Shown here one piece after another: positions 52,922-64,000 of a stretch of 64,000 nucleotides of DNA. Source of the stretch: Eledone cirrhosa (lineage: Eukaryota); NCBI GenBank assembly GCA_964016885.1, contig OZ024741.1, forward strand, positions 213,714,001-213,778,000, read 5' to 3'. The notes under the pieces are model-generated. The model was not told the origin of the DNA, made no database searches, and saw only the letters and a program-made list of their open reading frames with translations. Position numbers and translations under genes: made by a program. Positions within the stretch are counted from its first letter, which is position 1; each line of letters starts with the position of its first letter.

Positions 52922-53294
52922 GTTGAAGGCGTGTGGTTGAGTGGTTAGAGAATTGGATTCGCAATCGTGGGGTTGTGAGTTCGATTCCTGGACCAGGCGA
53001 TGCGTTATGTCCTTGAGCAAGACACTTTATTTCATGTTGCTCCTTCTACCTGGAGTTGCGACCGATAGATAGTATTAGCAATTGGAAAGACCAACGGAAA
53101 CATTGTTTCCTCGGTCCGATTTTGACGAAAGTCGATCGTTCCTATATATATATATATTGACATGTGAATGATGTCCACATATTGCCATACACAAGCAGTC
53201 TCTGTCAATATGTCTGTATGATCGTTGAATCTGATATATACGAACTCAGTTATACAAGCATACATACACATATATACACACATATTTACACAAT

Positions 53295-53486
53295 AGGGTG
53301 GTGGATTGGCAGTATCGGTAGAGGGTTGGACGCCAAGCTTTGACGCATGGAGTTACGGCCCTTGCCATTCTGAGTTCAAATCCCGCCGAGGTTAACTTTG
53401 CCTTTCATCCTTACGGGGTCGATAAAATAAAGTACCAGTAATGTACTGGTTAATTTGCTGGCCTTGTGCCTAAAGTAGAAACAATT
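53295..53486 (+). mobile_element. SINE S1
   Basis: Colinear with the other S1 copies. Confidence 0.92.
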
Positions 53487-54094
53487 ATACACACATATAT
53501 TCCTGTCTTGGTATATTTTAATCCTGTGTTATGTATTGTATCATTCAAAACAACTCTCCTACATCTTACCACGCGCGACCTCATCACATTCGTGAACTAA
53601 CGTAGGGGCTTATACTTGACATGCAGAAAATAGCAGTCAAATCATTCTGAACTATAACCAATATAATTTATTGATATGTAAATGTGTCATTTCATTCGCA
53701 TTTAAGTTAATGTTCATCGTGGAAACCGGTGATAGTTTTGCGTTCATCTGCACGTCTAGCTCATGTATTAGCGTGTGTATGGGTTGGAGAATTCCACAGG
53801 CACATGAAACCTTAACGTAAATTCCCAAACAGAATCAGTCTGATACATTATTTTGGCAAGGGTGGGTATTTGAATTACGAGTAGACTCTATCCGAAGGGG
53901 TTTTATATTCTACCTGTCCAGAACCATTTCTCCCACAAACCTTAAATTGACCTGAAGCTATTGTAAAAACAAACAAATACGGCAAGCTGCTACGTTAGTG
54001 ATTGAGAATCAAACTTTTTAACCATTCAACCATGTCATGTCTACTTCTAAGTTGATACATTATAGACGGAATTCGATCGTTTTTATTACATATG

Positions 54095-54174
<80 letters not shown>

Positions 54175-54633
54175 TATATGTATATTATATATATTATAAA
54201 AACGAAGAGGTGGAAAGTTGGTTGCCCTCCCTCCCCAGCCCCTAGGTCAGTTTGACCAGAGTTGACGTGGGCGTGTGAAGGGCGAAGCGTTTTTACGAAG
54301 GTTTTCCAAAACAATAGCAAGGGAGTCTATACAGTTCAATGTGTGGTCGATGAACAAGCTAAGAATAGTGACTAGACCTCTCTCATATTGTATCCAAACT
54401 GCTTTTGAAAAGGGTTTCCTTAGAGAATAAATAAATAATATACAAGGTGATCACATTCAGAAAACCCTTATTAAAATAGATTTCTAATTTAGGCACAGGC
54501 CCAGTAAGTCTTGGAAAAGTCCAAAATTGATTAAATCGACACCTGTAGTTGATTGATACTTTCTCTGGAAGAATGAAAGACAGTTGACTCGGGCAGAATT
54601 TGAACTCGGAATGTAAAGAGTATGGATTATTAT

Positions 54634-54821
54634 CGGTGAATTGGCAGTATCGGTAGAGGGTCGGACGCCATGCTTTGACGCATAGAGTTACGGCCCTTGC
54701 TATTCTGAGTTCAAATCCCGCCGAGGTTAACTTTGCCTTTCATCCTTACGGGGTCAATAAAATAAAGTACCAGTAATACACTGCGATAATTGCTGGCCTT
54801 GTGCCTAACGTAGAAACAATT
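54634..54821 (+). mobile_element. SINE S1, with an older diverged minus-strand relative immediately upstream (about 54480-54615)
   Basis: Colinear with the other S1 copies. Confidence 0.9.
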
Positions 54822-54974
54822 GTTATTACTGATTATATTCTGCATTCTAGCAGTTCTGACAATTGGTCATAATTTAAATCATGATGATAGGGGCTTCAAC
54901 AAGTAGGGGCTTCCAAAAGTAGGGGTTTACTTAGTCGAACAAGTGGGTACTCATTATCGAGAATGACAGCGGGA

Positions 54975-55475
<501 letters not shown>

Positions 55476-55488
55476 TACTGGGATGCAT

Positions 55489-55533
<45 letters not shown>

Positions 55534-55549
55534 TCTCTCTTTCCTTCTT

Positions 55550-55591
<42 letters not shown>

Positions 55592-55960
55592 CCCCTTGCT
55601 CTTCCTCCCCTCCTCCCTATCTTCATCACTCGCTCTCCCACTCCCTCTGTCCGCTCCTGCTCTATATATATATATGCACACATACATATCTCTTTCCGCC
55701 CCCTCCCCTGTCACCAATATCACACACATACGTCTCTCGCTTTCCCCCTCTCTCTCCCTCTCTCTCCCTCTCTCTCTCTCCCTCTCTATATCCCTCTCTC
55801 TCTCCCTCTCTCTCTATCCCTCTCTCTCCCTATCTCTCTCCATCTCTCTCTCCCTCTCTCTCCCCACATGTCTCCCTCTCTCTGCTCCCCCTCACCCCTA
55901 TCTCTGCTCCCCCCGTACCCCCTATATCTGCTCCCCCCGTACCCCCTATCTTCTCCCCCC

Positions 55961-55999
<39 letters not shown>

Positions 56000-56096
56000 C
56001 CTTCCCCTCTCTCTTTTACCCCCTTCCCTTATTTACTCTAATCTTACAGTAAACTACCTTGCCCCCTTCTTTACTATCTTTTCATCTAACAATACT

Positions 56097-56278
56097 TGGA
56101 TTGGCAGTATCGGTAGAGGGTCGGACGCCATGCTTTCCAGCATAGTTACGTCCCTTTACGATCTGAGTTCAAATCCCGCCGAGGTTGACTTTGCTTTTCA
56201 TCCTTACGAGGTCGATAAAATAAAGTACCAGTAATGCACTGGGTAATTGCTGGCCTTGTGCCTAAAGTAGAAACAATT
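56097..56278 (+). mobile_element. SINE S1
   Basis: Colinear with the other S1 copies. Confidence 0.92.
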
Positions 56279-56567
56279 ACTTACACAAGCTCTGTTCAGA
56301 GCTGATCCAGTAGAATTTCATGAAACTCGCTGACCATTCCGTCATTTTCGTGTATCTAGAAGTACAGATAGGATAAGAGAGATCCTCCGTCGATTCGACG
56401 ATGACTGTTCCAGTTGTTCGAGGGACAGTACAGTCTACCAATGAACAAGAAGTTAACGTGCAAGTGGCTGAGCATTCCGTTAACGTATTTTTCTGGCAGA
56501 ATGAACGTGATACAATATGTGACAAGGATCGTCATTTGATTTACAAGTACAATCCTTCAAGTAATGT

Positions 56568-56759
56568 AATTGTTTCTACTTTTGGCACAAGGCCAGCAAT
56601 TAAACCAGTGTATTACTGGTACTTTATTTTATCGACTCCGTAAAGATGAGAGGCAAAGTTAACCTCGGCGGGATTTGAACTCAGATCATAAAGGGCCGTA
56701 ACTTTTTGCTGCAAAGCATGACGTCCGACCCTCTACCCATACTGCCAATCCACCGCCCT
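56568..56759 (-). mobile_element. SINE S1, inserted into an older repeat (AAGTGGCTGAG..TTC family, also at about 53780-53880 and 63110-63172)
   Basis: Reverse complement of the S1 sequence. Confidence 0.9.
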
Positions 56760-57114
56760 CAAGTACGATAATGTAAGTGGCTGAGTATTCACAAACACGT
56801 GTGCCCCTAAATTACCTCTCGATGAAATTCAGTGTGAAGCAGCATATGTCAAATCTAGATCTTAAAATTTCAGGCTTCCAAACAGTTTCCGTCCACAATT
56901 TCACCCAGAGAGCTATATAATAAATGTCTTTTGTCTAAGAATGAGACGTTTGTAGAATCGAACCCATGTGATTGCGAATAAGGTTAAATAATCAGCCATG
57001 TTTCACTGTCACCCCCCACCCCCCTTCCAATGGTTTCATGTGTCCAGGCCAAGCCCTAGAGTTTCATTCCAGCCAAGTGCTAAGTCACTTACTGTTTAGC
57101 GGTGATGGCTTTAA

Positions 57115-57520
57115 TGATGGTGGTGGTATTGTGGTTTTGGTGAGGGTTTTGATGGTGAGGATGTTGCTGAGGATTTTGGTTTTAGTGTTGGTACTGATAT
57201 TGGTGATGACTGTTGAGTTTTTGATAGTCTTGGTGGTAGTGTTGGTGGTGGTGGTAGTATTGGTCTTGGTGTTAGTGTTGGTAGTATTGGTATTGGTGGT
57301 GGTGTTAGTGTTGGTGGTGGTGGTAGTGTTGGTAGTGGTAGTAGTATTGGTCTTGGTGTCAGTGCTGGTAGTATTGGTATTGGTGGTGGTGTTAGTGTTG
57401 GTGGTGGTGGTAGTATTGGTTTTGGTGTTAGTGTTGGTAGTATTGGTATTGGTGGTGGTGTTAGTGTTGGTGGTGGTGGTGGTGTTGGTGGTGGTGGTGG
57501 TGTTGGTGGCAGTGTTATTT
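57115..57520. repeat. GT-rich triplet low-complexity repeat (GTGTTG/GTAGTA/GTCTTG)
   Basis: Direct inspection; explains the Val/Leu ORF 56972..57529. Confidence 0.85.
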
Positions 57521-57879
57521 GATGCTTAATCGATCATTTGTAACATTTCCGGCTATTTCGTAAAATAAAAAGAAAAAAAGAACAACACAAGGTGTTGACT
57601 TTTAGAACAAAAAAAGCAGGTGATATAAACAGCTTAGTGGGTCAGATATAGACCTTGATCAGTGTGTGTGTGTCGGGTCTAAAATGGTGTATATCGATCC
57701 CTGGTGTACAATCGGTCTACCCAGCGGAATCGATTAAATTTTAGGGACAAAACCCGACATTTGTAAAGAAATGACAATACGCAGACAATATATATAAACC
57801 AGAAACCTGTAGAAGTTCTGTTTTACTGTGTTAGTTTGTTTTATTATTTTATGTTGTTTATTGATTGATTGTACATGGC

Positions 57880-58175
57880 TGGTGTCAGGGATGGGTCAAG
57901 GGTTTCATGAAGGGGTCGATAAGGGGTGGAGGATTCCACGAAGGGGTCACTGAGGGGCTCAATGATTTCATGCAGGGTCAGATATTTCATGAAGATGTTG
58001 AGGGGTGAAGGATTTCATGCGGGTTCAGATATTTCAGGAAGGAGTCGATGAGGGGTGAAGGATTCCATGAAGGGGTCGATAAGAGGTGGAGGATTTCATG
58101 AGAGTGTTGATGAGGGATTTCATGAGAGAATCAATGAGGTGGGTGGGGGATCCAAGGATTCAATGAAGAGGTCGA
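57880..58175. repeat. Diverged ~30-bp tandem repeat (GATTTCATGAAGGGGTCGATGAGGGGTGAAG-like)
   Basis: About 10 recurrences of GATTT/CCATGA..GGGTC. Confidence 0.7.
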
Positions 58176-58602
58176 TATATTAACATGTTTGGGATCAATG
58201 AGATCTATATATTGAAAACTGAACTAGTTCAATATATTGTATGTAGACCCATTGAGAAAGGTGTCCCCTTAATACAGACAAGCTTATCAGATCTACCCAC
58301 TTCAAGCTACATACAGCAAAACAGTTTGGTTACCTTCGCACTGTGTGTATGTGTGTGTGTGTTTGTGACTACGTTTAGCGTTAGAAAGGGTACTCAATAC
58401 GTTGGTAGAGTATAGGCATCTTTATTATATATAGAAATGATTTCCACAAGACTAGAATTATTCCTGATGATTCCATACGGATGAAACGTCCATTGTGATT
58501 TCATACGGATGAAACGTCCATTGTGATTTCATACGGATGAAACAGTTATAGTCCTGTATAAGTCATTTCTATGTGTGTGTGTGTGTGTGTGCGCGCGTGT
58601 GC

Positions 58603-58648
<46 letters not shown>

Positions 58649-58846
58649 GCGTGTGCGTGTGCGTGTGTGTGTGTGTGTGTGTATCCCGGGTTCAATCGGA
58701 TTAATCACAGTAAGGTACTCAATACATAGCAGAGTATAACAATTTAATATAGAAATGGCTTCAACCAATGACTTCCACCCATCCCGATCACCACCCTCTC
58801 CTACCATCAGAAAATGTGTAAATACCACCATATTACAGTGACAGTC

Positions 58847-58898
58847 GGCTTTCCTGATGATTTCCTCCGAATGAAACAGTTCTAGTCCTGTAGAAGCC
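58847..58898 (+). ncRNA. Type I hammerhead ribozyme fold, canonical core; a disrupted sister copy at 58461-58566
   Basis: GGCUUUC-CUGAUGA-U-UUC-CUCC-GAA-U-GAAAC-AG-UUCUAGUC-CU-GUA|GAAGCC. Confidence 0.72.
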
Positions 58899-58917
58899 AT
58901 TTCTATATTAAATATAT

Positions 58918-59215
58918 ATGGATGAAGAACGCAGAGCTGTACGGGAGCCTCCTAAAAGTCAGCTCGAGAGTAGCACAGAGGAGACTGGGGTTAACTGGAC
59001 ATGCTCACCGACATCCAGAGTTGACACTGCACTCAGTGCTCCTATGGGTACCCCTGCATGGACACACTGGAAGAGGAAGACCGAGGTTAACATATGTTGA
59101 TGCCCTAAGGACAGACACTGGTCTCTTTGAGACGCAGAACATGGCAGCGATAATGAGGGACAGAGACCGCTGGAGAGAACTCGTCTATGGATCTCGGGAA
59201 TTTTACACGCCCTAG
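58918..59215 (+). pseudogene. 3' fragment of a second RTE-clade LINE
   Basis: NAELYGSL..VSSRVAQRRLGLTGHAHRH...LLWVPLHGHTGRGRPRLTYVDALRTDTG...MRDRDRWR, a typical RTE C-terminus. Confidence 0.85.
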
Positions 59216-59231
59216 ACATATATATATATAT

Positions 59232-59346
59232 AATTGTTTCTACTTTAGGCACAAGGCCAGCAATTACCCAGTGCATTACTGGTACTTTATTTTATCGACC
59301 CCGTAAGGATGAAAGGCAAAGTCAACCTCGGCGGGATTTGAACTCA
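59232..59346 (-). mobile_element. SINE S1, 5'-truncated
   Basis: Reverse complement of the S1 3' half. Confidence 0.9.
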
Positions 59347-59772
59347 TATATATAATATGAGAGAGAGATCTGGATTATACCGGGTTAAACTAGTAAGAAC
59401 ATAATCCAGCAGAGTACTCGATATTCTTGGTAGTAGAGTATCAGTTCCCGACGGCTGAGCTCTGGCCGTTTGCACAGCAGATTCCATACGCCCCTCACCC
59501 CTACGGAGCCTAATCAGATTATATGACACACAAGGGGACAAAATAAAAAGGGCGGACAGCTACTGACGGAATGCGAACCCGTCATAGGGTCGTTAGAATT
59601 TTACTGATCAAACAAAAAATGCAGCATCATATCTTACTCATTGATGATTCAGTATCGATTACTTGTCGCTGTGTAGGTGTCTGGGTGTATTGTAGTGGTG
59701 TTTAAGGGTGGGGGGGATTATAGTTATGTGTTTCTACATGTATGTATATGAATGTTATACACATATATTTGT

Positions 59773-59842
<70 letters not shown>

Positions 59843-60020
59843 GTGTATACCATTCATATATATACATGTTTAAATGTATATATATATTTCTATATATATT
59901 TATATATGAGTGTTTTTGTGTGTATTTATATTTATGTGTGTGTGTATATATGTGTGTGTGTGTGTGAGTGTATATGTGTGTACGTATATATATGTGTGTG
60001 TATATATATTCATATATGTG

Positions 60021-60068
<48 letters not shown>

Positions 60069-60124
60069 TGTGTGTGTGTGTGTGTGTATATATACATACA
60101 TGTGTATGTATATATATATAAATA

Positions 60125-60181
<57 letters not shown>

Positions 60182-60185
<4 letters not shown>

Positions 60186-60637
60186 AGTGTAATTTACTAC
60201 ACAAAACGAAGGTTATAGAGAAAATTGAGGTTGGTAATGGCACATGGAATATATAAGAGACAGAATACTTGTTTGTGAAAAAACATATAATTTTATAAGG
60301 TAAGGAAATAATAAAGGGTATAAAAAATGACCGGTTTCGATGGGTCTGCAAAAGCCATCTTTTCAAATGTTGATTAATATTAAGAAAAATTAATAATAAG
60401 AAGAGTTAAAATTTGAGATTTGAAAATTCAAGTATAAAATTCATTGTGGGATTTCACAGTATTTTTCATCTTGGTAGCAGCTCGTTTAGCAGCTCGTTGA
60501 CTGCTCAGACCCATCGAAACCGGTCATTTTTTATACCCTTTATTATTTCCTTACCTTATAAAATTATATGTTTTTTCACAAAAAAGTATTCTGTCTCTTA
60601 TATATTCCATGTGCCATTACCAACCTCAATTTTCTCT
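60182..60637 (-). mobile_element. Inverted-repeat insert (132-bp arms 60217-60348 / 60506-60637) between (TA)n tracts
   Basis: Near-perfect arms; the left arm extends into a complete hammerhead on the minus strand. Confidence 0.85.
60324..60371 (-). ncRNA. Minimal type I hammerhead ribozyme fold, U3-A8 core variant
   Basis: Minus strand: AACAU-UUGAAAA-GAUGG-CUUUUGCAGAC-CCAUC-GAAAC-CG-GUC|AUUUU; palindromic ACCGGU; stem I is weak. Confidence 0.65.
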
Positions 60638-60772
60638 CTCTATATATATATACATATATATAGTGTTGTGAATGAATGCGTGGATGAACAAGTAGATACG
60701 AATTTATACACACAAGCATATGTGCACTTGTCTATGTATATATACTTGTGCATGCGTATGTGTCTGTATGTA

Positions 60773-60845
<73 letters not shown>

Positions 60846-61178
60846 ATATATATAAAAACATATAAACGTCTCTGTGTATGCGTATGCATATATACGTGTG
60901 TATGTATGTATATATATAAATATATGCACGTGTGTATGTATGTATGTGTCAGTGAGTGTGTCTATGTAATTATGTTTGATTTACATCGGCCATGTCATCA
61001 TATTTCACAGATTACGAAAGGTGTTATCTTCATGAGTTATTATCACGGCATTATCAATACAGCAAACATTGATTTTTACCTATATATATATAACGCAACA
61101 GACACACACACACAGACACACAGACATATATATATATATATATATATAACGAAAAAGACACACACACACAGATACACA

Positions 61179-61251
<73 letters not shown>

Positions 61252-61284
61252 TACACGCATAGCCATATATATATACTCATCACT

Positions 61285-61333
<49 letters not shown>

Positions 61334-61969
61334 GTACACTCACTCAAATTATACACACTCTAACCCACACATACATATACATACTCATATAGATGGCCGT
61401 ACACTAGGACGTGCACATACACATGTGCACACACACGAACATACACATGCTTACACAGACACATTTTGACACGTTCAAAGTGCAGCCACGCACATTGGAG
61501 CACGTAGTGTGTGTGTGTGTGTGTGTCTGTGTGTGTAAGTATGTGTGTGTGGGTGTGTGTTTGTCTGTGTGTGTAAGTATGTGTGTGTGTGTGTGTGTGT
61601 GGGTGTGTGTGTTTGTCTGTGTGTGTAAGTGTGTGTGTGTGTGTGTATGTATGTGTATGTGTGTCTGTGTGTGTAAGTGTGTGTGTGTGTGTGTGTGTGT
61701 GTGTAAGTATGTGGGTGTGTGTGTGTGTCTGTGTGTGTAAGTGTGTGTGTGTGAGCGTATGGAGTCAGATCTCCGAATACTAAAGACGTTTCATTCCCAA
61801 TCAACAGGTCTCAGGTTCAATCCCAGGGCATGACATCTTGGGTAAATGTCATTTACGACAGCAACGCGTCGTGCCATGTCTTGTGAGTGAAATAGGGTAG
61901 ACGGCACCTGTTTGGTAGCCTGTATATTGGACTGTACATGCAATTAGATGGCCAGCCTTCACACACACA

Positions 61970-63112
61970 CACATACCACCACCACACTACACCACCACCA
62001 CACACCACACCACCGCCACACCACACAACCACCACACCACACCACACACCAGACCACACCACCACCTCACCACCACCACACCACCACCACACCACACCAC
62101 ACACCAGACCACACCACCACCACACTACACCATCACCACACCACACCACACACCACACCACCACCACACCACACCATCACCACACCACACATCAGCACCA
62201 CACCACCACCACACCAATACCACCACACCACACCACACTACACCACACACCACACCACACCACACCACCACGACACCACACAACCAGCACCACCACACCA
62301 CACCACCACATCACACCATCACCAAACCACACACCACCACCACACCACCACCACACCACACCACACCACCACCACACCACACACCACACCAACACCACAC
62401 CACGCTACCACCACACCACACCACAAACACCCCACCGCACCACACTACACCATCACACCACGCCACACACCACCACCATACCACACCACACCACCACCAC
62501 ACCACACTATACCACACCACACACCACAACACACACCACACCGCACCACACTACACCACACACCACACCACACAACATACCACACCACACTACACCACAC
62601 CGCACTACACCACACACCACACCACACTACACCACACCACACTACACCACACCACACACGACACACCACACCACAAACACTACACCACACCACACTACAC
62701 CACACCACACCGCACTACACCACACACCACACTACACCACACCACAGCACACACCACACACCACACCACAAACACTACACCACACCACACTACACCACAC
62801 CACACCACATACCACACCACACTACACCACACCACACCACACTACACCACACCACACTACACCACACCACACTACACCACATACCACACCACCACCACAC
62901 CACACTACACCACACTACACCACATACCACACCACACTACACCACATACCACACCACACTACACCACACCACACCACACTACACCACACCACACTACACC
63001 ACACCACACTACACCACATACCACACTACCACCACACCACACTACACCACACTACACCACACACCACACCACCCCACCCCACCCCACCACCACACCACAC
63101 CACACCACACAC
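61970..63112. repeat. (CACCA/CACTA)n pentamer-based satellite
   Basis: Direct inspection; source of the His/Thr/Pro ORFs. Confidence 0.92.
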
Positions 63113-63321
63113 ACTGAATCTCCCTGAGAATTGCATACAAAAGGTACACGTGTCTGTGGAATGCTAAGTCACTGAGATGTTAATTTCATGATCGGGCAGT
63201 TCTGACTGAGGTCTTTTGAGTGTGTGTGTGTGTGTGTGTGTGTGTACGCGCGTGCTAGAGTGTGTGTTTGTGTGTGAAGGTTTGAGTGTAGTTAATATTA
63301 TATATATAATATATATATAAT

Positions 63322-63533
63322 AGGGTGGTGGATTGGCAGGATCGGTAGATGGGTCGGACGCCATGCTTTGCAGCAAAGAGTTACAGCAAAGAGTTACGGC
63401 CCTTGTCATTCTGAGTTCAAATCCCGCCGAGGTTAGCTTTGCCTTTCATCCTTACGGGGATGATAAAATAAAGTACCAGTAATACACTGAGGTTATAATA
63501 TTTGCTGACCTTGTGCCAAATGTAGAAACAATT
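63322..63533 (+). mobile_element. SINE S1 with an internal 13-bp duplication (CAGCAAAGAGTTA)
   Basis: Colinear with the other S1 copies. Confidence 0.92.
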
Positions 63534-63701
63534 ATATATATAAAATATATATATAAAATTTATAAATTTATTATAATAAATTGAAGTGAAACTTTTGGTG
63601 CGTGTGTTTCTTTTTGGCAACATGACCCTCCCAGAGTATAACAATATATATAATAGTTAATTGAATAAATAGTAGTTTCCATCTATCAATATATTCTATT
63701 G

Positions 63702-63758
63702 TTTCTACTTTAGGCACAAGGCCAGCAATTACTCAGTACATTACTGGTACTTTATTTT
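63702..63758 (-). mobile_element. Severely 5'-truncated SINE S1 with a 14-bp target-site duplication
   Basis: TSD AATATATTCTATTG at 63688-63701 and 63759-63772. Confidence 0.85.
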
Positions 63759-64000
63759 AATATATTCTATTGGTACACAGACAGAAACACTGATAAAGAG
63801 AGACAGTGTATGTTTATGTATGTTTCTGTGTTCAAGATACAGTGTGTGTGTGTATATCAATGAAAGCTCTCTCTTTCTCTCTCTTTATCTCTCTTTCTTT
63901 CTCTTTCTCTCTTTCTCTCTACCTCTCTCTCTCTCTACCTCTCTTTCTCTTTCTCTATCTCTACCTCTCTCAGCCCGGCCATATATATTCTTTCATATAT

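Noticed and set aside
61938-63167. His/Thr/Pro-rich ORFs and a possible telomere-like repeat
   Set aside because: This is a (CACCA)n satellite open in multiple frames, and no TTAGGG arrays occur in the window.

Overview
Repeat-dominated animal genomic DNA with no recognisable host gene exon. From memory, the recurrent ~190-bp tRNA-derived SINE and the heavy (TA)n/(GT)n load suggest an octopod cephalopod; this is an unverified inference. The window contains: (i) very large triplet-built minisatellite arrays (1-12.3 kb, 26.2-31 kb, 62-63.1 kb), which explain most of the long low-complexity ORFs; (ii) a near-intact L1/Tx1-type LINE (13.8-19.8 kb) inserted at an (ATT)n junction of a tandem SINE array, with one homopolymer frameshift; (iii) two Penelope-like element (PLE) ORF remnants with RT and GIY-YIG domains; (iv) a decayed RTE LINE flanked by a 123-bp direct repeat, plus RTE and CRE-like 3' fragments; (v) a Tigger/pogo-like MITE and more than 10 SINE copies. 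The most striking unannotated signal is a dense set of short, mostly palindromic inserts in (TA)n tracts that carry minimal type I hammerhead ribozyme folds with palindromic stem III loops. Four of these, in unrelated sequences, share a non-canonical UUGAnAA core with a compensatory U3-A8 pair. All ribozyme folds were read by eye, and none has been tested for activity.
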